From Alphaproteobacteria bacterium (lineage in GTDB: Bacteria > Pseudomonadota > Alphaproteobacteria > Rs-D84): a stretch of 48,469 bases of DNA. The notes below the pieces were generated by a model. That model was given only the letters and a program-made list of their open reading frames with translations, was not told the DNA's origin and made no database searches. The stretch covers positions 1 to 48,469 of the forward strand of contig JAFZXC010000041.1 in the NCBI GenBank assembly GCA_017616975.1, written 5' to 3'. Shown here one piece after another: positions 18,717-28,404 of this stretch (positions are counted from its first letter, which is position 1; each line of letters starts with the position of its first letter). The translations under genes were made by a program, and so were the position numbers.

Positions 18717-19445
18717 TTAAAACCGCCCCATACCGCCATTTATGTTGATTGTTTGTCCGTTGATGTATGACGCTTCGTCGCTTGCCAAAAATACACACAG
18801 ATTTGCAATATCTTCGGGTTCGCCAAAACGGCCAGCCGGAATTTGTTTAAGATATGTTTCTTTTAATTCTTCTGGCAAAACATCGGTCATTGGGCTTTTG
18901 ATAAATCCCGGAGCAATACAGTTCGCAGTAATACCACGGGATGCAACTTCGGCTGCGATTGATTTTGTCATCGCAATCATACCACCCTTAGATGCGGCAT
19001 AGTTTGCCTGGCCGGCACCACCGATAACACCAATTATGGACGCCATATTGATAATACGACCAAATCTGTTTTTCATCATTGGCATAATTGCCGCACGACA
19101 TAATTTAAAACAAGATTTCAAATTCGTGTTTAATACATCATCAAATTGTTCGTCTGTCATGCGCATGATGAGCGTATCTTTTGTAATGCCGGCGTTATTT
19201 ACCAAAATATCAATTTTGCCCGCAGCTTCGATTGTGTTCATCATTAATTCAACTGCGGCACCATCTTCGGCCAAATCACATGGAATTTTGATATATGAAT
19301 CATCAAATTCGGCATTTAATTTTTCAATGCTGCGACCAGACACAACAACGGTTGCACCCGCCATCTTCATCTTGCGTGCGATTGCACCACCAATTCCGCC
19401 AGTTGCACCAGTTATCAAAGCAACCTTGTCTTTTAATTCAAACAT
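18717..19445 (-). CDS. fabG: 3-oxoacyl-ACP reductase FabG
   Basis: 242 aa SDR with TGATGGIGGAIA and YAASKGG. Follows fabD. Confidence 0.9.
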   Translation of the reverse strand: MFELKDKVALITGATGGIGGAIARKMKMAGATVVVSGRSIEKLNAEFDDSYIKIPCDLAEDGAAVELMMNTIEAAGKIDILVNNAGITKDTLIMRMTDEQFDDVLNTNLKSCFKLCRAAIMPMMKNRFGRIINMASIIGVIGGAGQANYAASKGGMIAMTKSIAAEVASRGITANCIAPGFIKSPMTDVLPEELKETYLKQIPAGRFGEPEDIANLCVFLASDEASYINGQTININGGMGRF

Positions 19446-19456
19446 ATTTATCTCCT

Positions 19457-20332
19457 TTATATCTCCAATTTCTTTGCGTTAATTTCGGGACAGATACGAC
19501 CGGCAAGCCCTGTTAAAACACTGCCCGGCCCTATTTCGACCATGTCTGTGATTCCAAGTTCATGCATTTTCAAAACACTTTCACGCCAACGAACACCATG
19601 TGTCATTTGATATACTAATTCATCCTTGATTTCGTTTGTATCAATCATGACATCCGCAGTTTTGTTTGAAATAAATTTTGCATTTGGTGTTTTTATTTCG
19701 ACATTTTCCAAGGCTGTGCGCATTGCGTCCGCCGCAGGTTCTTGCATGCGACAATGCACCGGCGCAGACAGCGCCAATGGCATTGCACGTTTTGCACCTG
19801 CCTCTTTCAGTTTTTCCATTGTCGCTTCGACAATTTCTCGTGCGCCGGAAATAACAACCTGGGCCGGACAATTGTCATTTGCAACATCACAATCGGTCGA
19901 TGCACATATATCACGCACCACATCAATATCCAGTCCCAAAATAACAGCCGTCAATCCATGACCAACCGGAACAGCGGTTTGCATTGCGTTTCCACGTACA
20001 CGCAAAAGTTTTGCCGTGTCACCAAGAGATATCGCCCCCGCAGCACACAATGCGGTATATTCGCCCAATGAATGCCCTGCAACATATTCTGGTAATGGTT
20101 CGTTTGATGCACGCAGCATAGCAATAGACGTTGCCATAATTGCCGGCTGGACATTTGCGGTTAATGTTAATTCTTCCATTGGTCCATCAAAAATTATGCT
20201 GGACAATTTTTGATTTAACGCATCGTCAACTTCGTCAAATACGGCACGTGCCGCAGCGTTCGTTTTATATAATTCATACCCCATTCCAACAACTTGTGCG
20301 CCTTGGCCTGGAAAAACAAAGATTTTTGACAT
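19457..20332 (-). CDS. fabD: Malonyl-CoA:ACP transacylase FabD
   Basis: 291 aa with FPGQGAQ and GHSLGEY, the active-site motifs. Confidence 0.9.
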   Translation of the reverse strand: MSKIFVFPGQGAQVVGMGYELYKTNAAARAVFDEVDDALNQKLSSIIFDGPMEELTLTANVQPAIMATSIAMLRASNEPLPEYVAGHSLGEYTALCAAGAISLGDTAKLLRVRGNAMQTAVPVGHGLTAVILGLDIDVVRDICASTDCDVANDNCPAQVVISGAREIVEATMEKLKEAGAKRAMPLALSAPVHCRMQEPAADAMRTALENVEIKTPNAKFISNKTADVMIDTNEIKDELVYQMTHGVRWRESVLKMHELGITDMVEIGPGSVLTGLAGRICPEINAKKLEI

Positions 20333-20363
20333 GGTTTTACCCCTTTGTGTCTATTCATACAAA

Positions 20364-20960
20364 TTATAGTGTGTCATTATTCAATTCGCAACTTTTTATG
20401 CCAACAAGTTCGGGCATGGGTTTTTTGCGAAAACTGAATTCGCATCCGCAATAATTCTGGCGATAGAAGTTTGATGCACGATTAATAGATTGACGCAGGT
20501 TTTCGTCCCACATAATCGGTATATATTCGATGTCGCCAAGCACACGTTTTGCGGCGGCGTCCACCTGAGATTGATCTTTGTGTTTTGATACCCCAAGCAC
20601 AGATGCAACAGCGTTATATCCGTTTTTTATTGCAAAATCACGTGCATATGCAAAACGGTATGCAAAACAAACATCACAGCGTTTTCCACGTTCTGGTTCG
20701 TTTTCTAGCCCGTGGACAGCCTGTTTCCATGCATCGTGGTCCCAATCGCCGATGGCGTATTTTACGCCCAATTCATCACAGTATTTTATCTGTTCGTTCA
20801 TGCGTTTTATATATTCATCGTTTGGAAAGATGTTCGGGTTATAAAACAAAACAATAAAATCGTCTATGCCGGCAATTTGTCTATCGGCAAGTTGTTTGAT
20901 TGCGCCTGCGCTGCATGGTGCGCAACAAGATACCAAAACAAGTTTTATTTTATCGGACAT
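20364..20960 (-). CDS. queH: Epoxyqueuosine reductase QueH (DUF208)
   Basis: LVLVSCCAPCS near the N-terminus and FYRQNYCGCEFS near the C-terminus are the DUF208/QueH cysteine signatures. I take the start at the MSDKIKL methionine. Confidence 0.8.
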   Translation of the reverse strand: MSDKIKLVLVSCCAPCSAGAIKQLADRQIAGIDDFIVLFYNPNIFPNDEYIKRMNEQIKYCDELGVKYAIGDWDHDAWKQAVHGLENEPERGKRCDVCFAYRFAYARDFAIKNGYNAVASVLGVSKHKDQSQVDAAAKRVLGDIEYIPIMWDENLRQSINRASNFYRQNYCGCEFSFRKKPMPELVGIKSCELNNDTL

Positions 20961-21507
20961 GAACATGAAAGAATTTTTGAATCGAAATCGGCGCTTTGCC
21001 CGTCTTGCGTGGCCAAATTTGTTTTAATTCATTATTCACAACAATATCTTGGTTGTTCAAATAATGCCACTGGACAGTATATATTGTGTAATGGGTTGCT
21101 TGGCCCGTTTTAGAATCACGCAACCCTGTGCATTCTTGTTCATGAACACAATCCAGCACCGCAGGCTTGGTTTCTGTATTTTCATACGGTTCAAAATTAA
21201 ATACCGTACCATATTTTTCGTTCAAATAGGAACGGATGTCCGCAACGGTTGTGATTTTGTTTGATACAGTAAAAGAAAGAGATGCAACCATATTGCCACG
21301 TGGTGGTGCAATAAGCGCAAGCAAGCCTTTTTTATCTGGTTCTGGTTTTGTTTCTGGGACAATGTTTGCATAGCAACAAAGTGTCAAACGGCGTGGTTCT
21401 GTCAAATCACACGTGTTAACGATTGTTTGCAAATCAAATATGTTGCGAACCTTGTTGGAAACAAGCGGGCCATTAACAAAAAATTGGATGTCCGTTTTAA
21501 GATTCAT
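20950..21507 (-). CDS. Hypothetical protein (orphan, 185 aa)
   Basis: Uninterrupted ORF in the operon string between metG and queH. It overlaps the queH start by about 11 nt. I recognise no motif. Confidence 0.55.
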   Translation of the reverse strand: MNLKTDIQFFVNGPLVSNKVRNIFDLQTIVNTCDLTEPRRLTLCCYANIVPETKPEPDKKGLLALIAPPRGNMVASLSFTVSNKITTVADIRSYLNEKYGTVFNFEPYENTETKPAVLDCVHEQECTGLRDSKTGQATHYTIYTVQWHYLNNQDIVVNNELKQIWPRKTGKAPISIQKFFHVHVR

Positions 21508-21518
21508 TGGTGCGCCTT

Positions 21519-21647
21519 TTATTTCGTTTTTTGTTTGCGCAATATACGCATGCGAGCAAAAAACTCTTCACGAGATTCTTCAAACGTCATACACAATAAT
21601 TCTGCACAAATTTGTTCAAAATTTTTAGCACAAGGTAAATCTGACAT
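21519..21647 (-). CDS. Candidate 42-codon micro-ORF (MSDLPCAKNFEQICAELLCMTFEESREEFFARMRILRKQKTK)
   Basis: Hand-translated; below the ORF-track size cutoff. The ATG is 4 nt after the metG stop and the stop is 12 nt before the next ATG, so it exactly fills the only gap in the string. No homology evidence. Confidence 0.25.
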   Translation of the reverse strand: MSDLPCAKNFEQICAELLCMTFEESREEFFARMRILRKQKTK

Positions 21648-21650
21648 TTG

Positions 21651-23636
21651 TTATCCTTTATATTTTTCACCGATTTTTGCGGTTGGTTCAAGTTCAACAA
21701 TCTCGTCTCCGTTATTTCCAATACCTAATTCTGTGGCACTGCACATCATGCCAAAGCTTTCAACGCCAGCCACAGTGCGTTGGCCAATAGGCTTTTTCTG
21801 GCCCGGCAATACGCATCCAATTGGTGCTAAAACACCAATCATGCCGGCACGCACATTTGGTGCGCCGCACACAATTTGCAAATCGTGTTCACCGTCGTTC
21901 ACCGTCAGTATGTGCAGGTTTTCACGGCTGTCGTGATTTTTCACATCAACGATTTTCGCAACAACTGGACATATAACATTGTCTTTTTTTGCACTGTATT
22001 TTTCAGTCATAGCGACGATTTTATCATCGTCAATGCGTTCAAACAGATTTTCTGGCACAGTAAACTTTTCGCCATCTTTGATACGTGATTCAAATGTTGT
22101 TGGCCATGAAAAATCGTGTTTTGTTGCAAATATATTTTGCATCTTTTCAGCAGCGTCTGGAATAAACGGTTGTGATGTGCGTGCATACAAATCAATCAGT
22201 TGAAAACATGTATTCAATACACCCGCCGCCGTTTCCATGTCGCCATTTTTAACCAATGTCCATGGCTCCATTTTCGTCATATATTCATTGCCAATTGCAT
22301 ACAATGAGCGCAGTGCGACAATCGCAGCACGGAATTCGCATTCGTTTAATGCGGCGGTCAATTCGGCAATTTTATCGTTTATCTGTTTTACCAAATCGGC
22401 ATCAACACCATTTGACGTTGGAACATTTTCACCAAAGTTTTTCGCCGTTAATTTACAAACACGTGAAACAAAGTTGCCCAACATACCGTTCAAGTCTTTG
22501 TTCACAATATCTGCAAAGCGTGCGATGGTAAAGTCTGTATCATCTGTTTCAGGGGCAGATGCCATCAACGCATAACGCCATGCATCAGCCGGCGCATCAG
22601 TTAGCGCATCTGTTAAAAACACACCATTGCCAGTTGTTTTAGAGATTTTGCCACCTTCGAAATTCAAAAAGTTCAGTGACTTTAACATATCAACAGTTTT
22701 CCAGCCATCGTGCATAGCAAGTTGTTGTTCTGGGAAAAATACCGCATGGAATTTTACGTTATCTTTGCCCATGAATTGTGCGTAATAGCAATCTGGGTTT
22801 TTCCACCATGTTGCCCAATCTTTATTTGCCGCTTGTGATATTGAAACATATCCCCATGGTGCATCAAACCAGACATAGAAAACTTTATTTTCATACCCCG
22901 GTTTATTCACTGGGATGCCCCACGATAAATCACGGGTAATAGATGTGTCATGCAATTGGTCGGACGCCCAACCGTTTGCAATAGCAGATGCGGTTTTTGA
23001 CCAATGTGGTGCATGGTCTTTTAACCAATCACGCCATTCGTTCTGTAATTTTGACGCCAAAAAGAATAAATTCTTGGTCGGGCGCATTTCTATGTTTGTT
23101 GAACCAGAAATGTTAGAACGTGGGTTTTTAAGTTCGGTTGCCTCATACGTGGCACTGCATTTATCACACTGGTCGCCACGTGCGCCTTCGAATCCGCATT
23201 TTGGACATGTGCCAACCAATTGTCTGTCGGCTAAAAACATGTTGTCGTCCACAGAAAAAGGCTGAATCGTTTCACGTTCTTCGATTAAACCCTGGGCATC
23301 AAGGCGGGAAAATAAATCGTGAATCAATTTTTCTTGAAGTTCTGTATGGGTGCGACCATATAAATCAAAAGACAATCTAAAATCACGAACCGCCGCAAGA
23401 TGCTTGGCATAGTATTTATTATTGTATTCGATAACGGGGATATTTTCTTTGGCAGCACCAACCAGAGCAGGCGTGCCATGTTCGTCTGCACCACAGACAA
23501 ACAATACGTCATCTCCACGTGCACGGCAGAAACGTGCGTATACATCAGATGGTAAATAACAACCAACCAAATGCCCGATATGTAATTCACCATTAACATA
23601 TGGTAATGCCGATGTAATTAAAACTTTCTTTGTCAT
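21651..23636 (-). CDS. metG: Methionine--tRNA ligase with C-terminal tRNA-binding (Trbp111/EMAP-like) domain
   Basis: MTKKVLITSALPYVNGELHIGHL (HIGH), the zinc knuckle CPKCGFEGARGDQCDKC, KISKT (KMSKS) and the C-terminal VVCGAPN-type OB fold. I prefer ATG 23636 because the TTG at 23663 abuts the predicted -10 element. Confidence 0.95.
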   Translation of the reverse strand: MTKKVLITSALPYVNGELHIGHLVGCYLPSDVYARFCRARGDDVLFVCGADEHGTPALVGAAKENIPVIEYNNKYYAKHLAAVRDFRLSFDLYGRTHTELQEKLIHDLFSRLDAQGLIEERETIQPFSVDDNMFLADRQLVGTCPKCGFEGARGDQCDKCSATYEATELKNPRSNISGSTNIEMRPTKNLFFLASKLQNEWRDWLKDHAPHWSKTASAIANGWASDQLHDTSITRDLSWGIPVNKPGYENKVFYVWFDAPWGYVSISQAANKDWATWWKNPDCYYAQFMGKDNVKFHAVFFPEQQLAMHDGWKTVDMLKSLNFLNFEGGKISKTTGNGVFLTDALTDAPADAWRYALMASAPETDDTDFTIARFADIVNKDLNGMLGNFVSRVCKLTAKNFGENVPTSNGVDADLVKQINDKIAELTAALNECEFRAAIVALRSLYAIGNEYMTKMEPWTLVKNGDMETAAGVLNTCFQLIDLYARTSQPFIPDAAEKMQNIFATKHDFSWPTTFESRIKDGEKFTVPENLFERIDDDKIVAMTEKYSAKKDNVICPVVAKIVDVKNHDSRENLHILTVNDGEHDLQIVCGAPNVRAGMIGVLAPIGCVLPGQKKPIGQRTVAGVESFGMMCSATELGIGNNGDEIVELEPTAKIGEKYKG

Positions 23637-23663
23637 TTTTGTTCCCGTTGTTCGATTGGACAA

Positions 23664-23691
23664 ATTATAGAATAAAAATGCCAGAAATCAA
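23664..23691 (-). promoter_or_regulatory. Sigma70-like promoter candidate for the metG operon
   Basis: The minus strand reads TTGATT, 16-nt spacer, TATAAT. The -10 element ends about 27 nt upstream of ATG 23636. Confidence 0.55.
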
Positions 23692-23701
23692 GAAACACCA
23701 C

Positions 23702-23736
23702 AAAAATATGGTAAATTCATAAAAATATGGTAAAAT
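23702..23736 (+). promoter_or_regulatory. Tandem duplicated extended -10 elements upstream of the 162-aa orphan
   Basis: AAAAATATGGTAAA occurs twice (23702-23715 and 23721-23734, 19-nt period). The copies contain TGgTAAATT and TGgTAAAAT respectively. Confidence 0.4.
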
Positions 23737-23771
23737 ACGCATGATAACAAAAGGGAAAAGGGGTATCAGTT

Positions 23772-24260
23772 ATGTCAAAAACAAAAATACAAGCAAGTAT
23801 AAATGCGCTGGAAAGACAGAAAGAGATGGACGCAACGATTAAATCATCATTTGATGCGATTGTTAGTCTGGTTTCACGCAAAATGGAACACAAAAAACCA
23901 AAGGGTTCTGCCCCTGAATCTGACCAACAGTTTTATGGTGATTTGGAACGCAGTTTTAAAACTTTGTGCAAAATTGCGAAGAACCCAGCAAAGTATTTCG
24001 TCAATGATTACAAAGATAGCGTACATGGAGATTTGTTGGAGGCAAGCAGATTGACTGGTTTGCGATTTAATCGGTTGTTAGACTCTTTGATGGCATTGTC
24101 GATAAGATATTATCGTGGCAAAGACACAAACAAAGAAAAATTAGAAACAGAAATCGAAAAATTGCACAGAATAATCAAGTATAAGGCCGCAAGAGGACTT
24201 GTTCAATCATTGGGCATATTGCTTACGCCGGCAGAAAAATTGGTTGTGCGAGAAAAATAA
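23772..24260 (+). CDS. Hypothetical protein (orphan, 162 aa, predicted helical)
   Basis: Monocistronic, with its own promoter-like elements, a GGGAAAAGGGG Shine-Dalgarno region and a terminator. I recognise no motif. Confidence 0.55.
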   Translation: MSKTKIQASINALERQKEMDATIKSSFDAIVSLVSRKMEHKKPKGSAPESDQQFYGDLERSFKTLCKIAKNPAKYFVNDYKDSVHGDLLEASRLTGLRFNRLLDSLMALSIRYYRGKDTNKEKLETEIEKLHRIIKYKAARGLVQSLGILLTPAEKLVVREK

Positions 24261-24271
24261 ATAAACAAAAG

Positions 24272-24289
24272 AACCGGCATTTGCCGGTT
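24272..24289. terminator. Bidirectional intrinsic terminator (orphan gene / tRNA-Val junction)
   Basis: AAAAG-AACCGGCATTTGCCGGTT-TTTTTC. Member of the hairpin family. Confidence 0.8.
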
Positions 24290-24314
24290 TTTTTCTATCT
24301 TTTTTGTTTAATGA

Positions 24315-24391
24315 TGGTGGGTGGTATTGGGCTCGAACCAACGACCTCCACGATGTCAACGTGACGCTCTAGCCAACTGAGCTAACCACCC
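24315..24391 (-). tRNA. tRNA-Val (anticodon GAC)
   Basis: Minus strand folds by hand as GGGTGGT TA GCTC AGTTGGCTA GAGC G TCACG TTGACAT CGTGG AGGTC GTTGG TTCGAGC CCAAT ACCACCC A CCA. Confidence 0.95.
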
Positions 24392-24402
24392 AAAGCGAAC
24401 GC

Positions 24403-24430
24403 ATTATAACAGACAATTTTTGATTTGCAA
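24403..24430 (-). promoter_or_regulatory. Sigma70-like promoter candidate for tRNA-Val
   Basis: The minus strand reads TTGCAA, 16-nt spacer, TATAAT. The -10 element ends 11 nt before the tRNA 5' end. Confidence 0.5.
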
Positions 24431-24444
24431 TAAAAAGTGTCGTA

Positions 24445-25539
<1,095 letters not shown>

Positions 25540-25571
25540 TCAAAAAATCAAGACAGCCACCATAAAAAAGT

Positions 25572-25598
25572 TTGATTATTTATATATTGTGGTATCAT
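25572..25598 (+). promoter_or_regulatory. Promoter candidate for rnpA-yidD (possibly giving a leaderless mRNA)
   Basis: TTGATT, 15-nt spacer, TGgTATCAT. The -10 element ends 7 nt before the rnpA ATG, and I see no Shine-Dalgarno. Confidence 0.4.
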
Positions 25599-25605
25599 AA
25601 CCCCC

Positions 25606-25953
25606 ATGCGAGATACAATTAAGAATCATAAAGACTTTTTAATGACGGACCAAGACCCGGTTGCAAAATCGGCATTCTTTTATGTGCGTATGAAGCCGTG
25701 TGCAACCCCGGGCGTGCCACGATATGGCTTGATGGCAACCAAAAAAACGTTCAAATTGGCTGTCCAGCGCAACCGTGCAAAACGCTTGATGCGGGATTGG
25801 ATACGTTTTAATGAAAAACACTTGCTTGATGACATGGATTATGTTTTTTCTGCACGTCGACCGATACTGGAAGTGGCTCGTGAAGATGGTCGTGCCGCAA
25901 TGGAACGTGCATTGATGCATCTTGAAAAGCATAAAAATGGCGATGCCGAATAA
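25606..25953 (+). CDS. rnpA: RNase P protein component
   Basis: 115 aa, basic. IKNHKDFL...[16 protein letters not shown] is the RNR-motif region of RnpA. Confidence 0.85.
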   Translation: MRDTIKNHKDFLMTDQDPVAKSAFFYVRMKPCATPGVPRYGLMATKKTFKLAVQRNRAKRLMRDWIRFNEKHLLDDMDYVFSARRPILEVAREDGRAAMERALMHLEKHKNGDAE

Positions 25954-26179
25954 AAAATCAATTTTTGTTCATAGTGCAATTTGTTGTGTGCGTTTCTATC
26001 AGCGCCACATTTCACCCGTTGTTGGTGGCAAAAACACATGTCGTTTTACCCCCAGTTGCAGTGAATATACCGCCCAGGCAATTGAAAAATATGGCGTGTT
26101 GCGTGGTGTGCGTATGGGTTTTCGGCGGATATTGCGTTGTCGGCCCGGCGGGGGATGGGGTTATGATCCGGTGCCTTGA
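25937..26179 (+). CDS. yidD: Membrane protein insertion efficiency factor YidD
   Basis: [38 protein letters not shown]...[17 protein letters not shown]. Overlaps the rnpA 3' end. I prefer ATG 25937 to the TTG at 25922. Confidence 0.85.
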   Translation: MAMPNKKSIFVHSAICCVRFYQRHISPVVGGKNTCRFTPSCSEYTAQAIEKYGVLRGVRMGFRRILRCRPGGGWGYDPVP

Positions 26180-26203
26180 CATTAGTTGTTTATGTGCTAG
26201 AAT
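26176..26203 (+). promoter_or_regulatory. Sigma70-like promoter candidate for accBC
   Basis: TTGACA (overlapping the yidD stop), 16-nt spacer, TGcTAGAAT (extended -10). Confidence 0.55.
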
Positions 26204-26255
26204 CATAATTCACCAAGGCATAATTATTTATTTATAAACAAAAAGGAATATAAAA

Positions 26256-26693
26256 ATGTCTTTTCGTGGAACCATTGAATCATTGTCCAAGACGATGGAT
26301 GATATGGGCATTACTGAAATAGATTTCGAACGCAGGTTCTTGTTCGGCATTTACACCAGACGTATTCATTTATCAAAACAATCGGTGGTCGCAGTGCAAG
26401 ACAGCACGTGCGAGACGGTAAATGTTGTCGAAACAAAAGAAACAAAACCGGCCGTGTCGGGTCATGTTATTAAATCGCCAATGGTTGGCGTTGCATATCT
26501 TGCACCGGAACCAGGGGCAAAACCTTTTGTCAAAGTGGGGGCATCTGTACACGTGGGGGATACGGTTGCATTGGTCGAAGCAATGAAGACCTTTAACCCA
26601 ATAAAAGCGGATGTTGACGGTGTCGTCAAAGAGATATTGGTTGCAGACAGTGCTGCTGTTGAATTTGATCAACCATTAATCGTTATTGAATAA
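26256..26693 (+). CDS. accB: Biotin carboxyl carrier protein AccB
   Basis: 145 aa with the C-terminal biotinyl domain ALVEAMKTFNPIKADVDGVVKEILV...EFDQPLIVIE. Confidence 0.9.
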   Translation: MSFRGTIESLSKTMDDMGITEIDFERRFLFGIYTRRIHLSKQSVVAVQDSTCETVNVVETKETKPAVSGHVIKSPMVGVAYLAPEPGAKPFVKVGASVHVGDTVALVEAMKTFNPIKADVDGVVKEILVADSAAVEFDQPLIVIE

Positions 26694-26696
26694 GCC

Positions 26697-28088
26697 ATGC
26701 CAAAAATAAAAAAAGTTTTAATTGCAAATCGTGGTGAAATCGCCCTGCGCATTATTCGGGCGTGTCGTGATATGGGAATTCGTACGGTTGCGGTATATTC
26801 GACTGCGGATAAAAACGCAATGCATGTGCAATTGGCGGACGAATCTGTATGCATTGGTCCGGCATCGGCACGTGATTCATATTTGAACGAATGTGCGATT
26901 TTGACTGCGGCATTGTTGACTAATTCTGATGCAATTCATCCGGGATATGGTTTTTTGTCGGAACGTGCTGACTTTGCACAAAAGGTTGAACAGCACGGCA
27001 TGATTTGGATTGGCCCAGAACCCGATATGATTGAAAAAATGGGGGACAAGGTTAACGCTAAACAAACGGCAATTAAATGTGGTTTGCCGGTGGTCCCGGG
27101 TTCGGATGGTGAAATTAAAACCGTCGAAGATGCATATATGTGGGCAGACAAGATTGGCTATCCCGTCATGTTAAAGGCTGCGGCTGGGGGTGGTGGTCGT
27201 GGTATGCGTGCGGTTGCGTCTGCGGACGAAATGGCCGAGGCATTTAATATAACCAAGCAAGAGGCAAAGTCCGGGTTTGGTGACGACACGTTGTATATGG
27301 AAAAGTTGTTGCTGCACCCACGTCATATTGAATTCCAGGTTCTGGGGGATAAACATGGTAATGTTGTAATCTTTGGGGAACGTGATTGTTCTTTGCAACG
27401 TAAAAACCAAAAGGTTATGGAAGAATGTCCGGCGGCGGTGCTTACCCAGAAGCAACGTGACGATATGATAGAAGTTTGCAAATCTGCCGCCAAAAAGATG
27501 AAGTATTCAAGTGTTGGAACGTTTGAATTCATGTTCGAAGACGGTAAATTCTATTTCTTGGAAATGAATACTCGTTTGCAAGTGGAACATCCGGTCACAG
27601 AAATGGTTTATGGTGTTGACTTGGTGCGTGAACAGATTCGTGTTGCGGCGGGTGAAAAGTTGGGATATACGCAATCAAACATTGTTCCGCATGGACATGC
27701 GATGGAATTTCGTATTAATGCCGAAGATCCAGATAACTTTACGCCGTGTCCGGGAACAATAACGCTTTATGCGCCATCGGGCGGTTTGGGTGTGCGTGTG
27801 GACAGTGCTGTTTATACCGGATACACAATTCCATCGACATATGATTCGATGATTGCGAAATTGATCGTTCACGCCCAGAACAGACCTGCGTGTATTATGC
27901 GTGCAGAACGTGCGCTGGACGAATTTGTCATAGAAGGTGTTAAAACAACGATTCCGTTGCAGAAACGTTTGTTAAGCAACAGCGATGTGCGCCAGTTAAA
28001 GTTTGATAATCATTGGTTGGAAAAGTATTTGTCTGAAAAGCATGAAGAAGACAAAGAACAAAAGCCAGAAGAAGAAACCGAAGAATAA
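26697..28088 (+). CDS. accC: Biotin carboxylase AccC
   Basis: 463 aa: KVLIANRGEIALRIIRAC, the ATP-grasp GGGGRGMR and EMNTRLQVEHPVTE. It carries a short acidic C-terminal tail. Confidence 0.95.
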   Translation: MPKIKKVLIANRGEIALRIIRACRDMGIRTVAVYSTADKNAMHVQLADESVCIGPASARDSYLNECAILTAALLTNSDAIHPGYGFLSERADFAQKVEQHGMIWIGPEPDMIEKMGDKVNAKQTAIKCGLPVVPGSDGEIKTVEDAYMWADKIGYPVMLKAAAGGGGRGMRAVASADEMAEAFNITKQEAKSGFGDDTLYMEKLLLHPRHIEFQVLGDKHGNVVIFGERDCSLQRKNQKVMEECPAAVLTQKQRDDMIEVCKSAAKKMKYSSVGTFEFMFEDGKFYFLEMNTRLQVEHPVTEMVYGVDLVREQIRVAAGEKLGYTQSNIVPHGHAMEFRINAEDPDNFTPCPGTITLYAPSGGLGVRVDSAVYTGYTIPSTYDSMIAKLIVHAQNRPACIMRAERALDEFVIEGVKTTIPLQKRLLSNSDVRQLKFDNHWLEKYLSEKHEEDKEQKPEEETEE

Positions 28089-28093
28089 AAAAA

Positions 28094-28108
28094 CCGCCGA
28101 ATTGGCGG
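28094..28108. terminator. Bidirectional intrinsic terminator (accC / rpsO junction)
   Basis: AAAAAAA-CCGCCGAATTGGCGG-ATTTTTTTA. The stem sequence differs from the main family but the architecture is the same. Confidence 0.7.
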
Positions 28109-28114
28109 ATTTTT

Positions 28115-28387
28115 TTATTTACGCAGACCCAATTTTTTAATCAGTTCTTCGTATTCGCTTACATTGTGCTTTTTAATATAAGCCAACAGTTTTTTACGAC
28201 GATTAACCATCAACAACAAACCACGTTTTGAATGTTCGTCTTTGTGGTTGTTTTTCATGTGTTCGGTCAAATTGCGGATGCGTTCTGTTAAAACAGCAAC
28301 CTGGGATGCAGCACTGCCCCCGTTGTCTTTGTCTGTTGTTTTATATGCAGCAACCAATTCTGCTTTTTTTTCTTTTGTAACGGACAT
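28115..28387 (-). CDS. rpsO: 30S ribosomal protein S15
   Basis: 90 aa: [35 protein letters not shown]. Confidence 0.95.
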   Translation of the reverse strand: MSVTKEKKAELVAAYKTTDKDNGGSAASQVAVLTERIRNLTEHMKNNHKDEHSKRGLLLMVNRRKKLLAYIKKHNVSEYEELIKKLGLRK

Positions 28388-28404
28388 TTGTTTTCCTTTT
28401 TTGT

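Noticed and set aside
26256-26693. The AccB biotinylation motif reads EAMKT instead of the textbook EAMKM.
   Set aside because: The residue after the biotinyl-lysine varies among BCCPs as far as I recall. The lysine and its surrounding hairpin are intact, so this is not an anomaly worth flagging.
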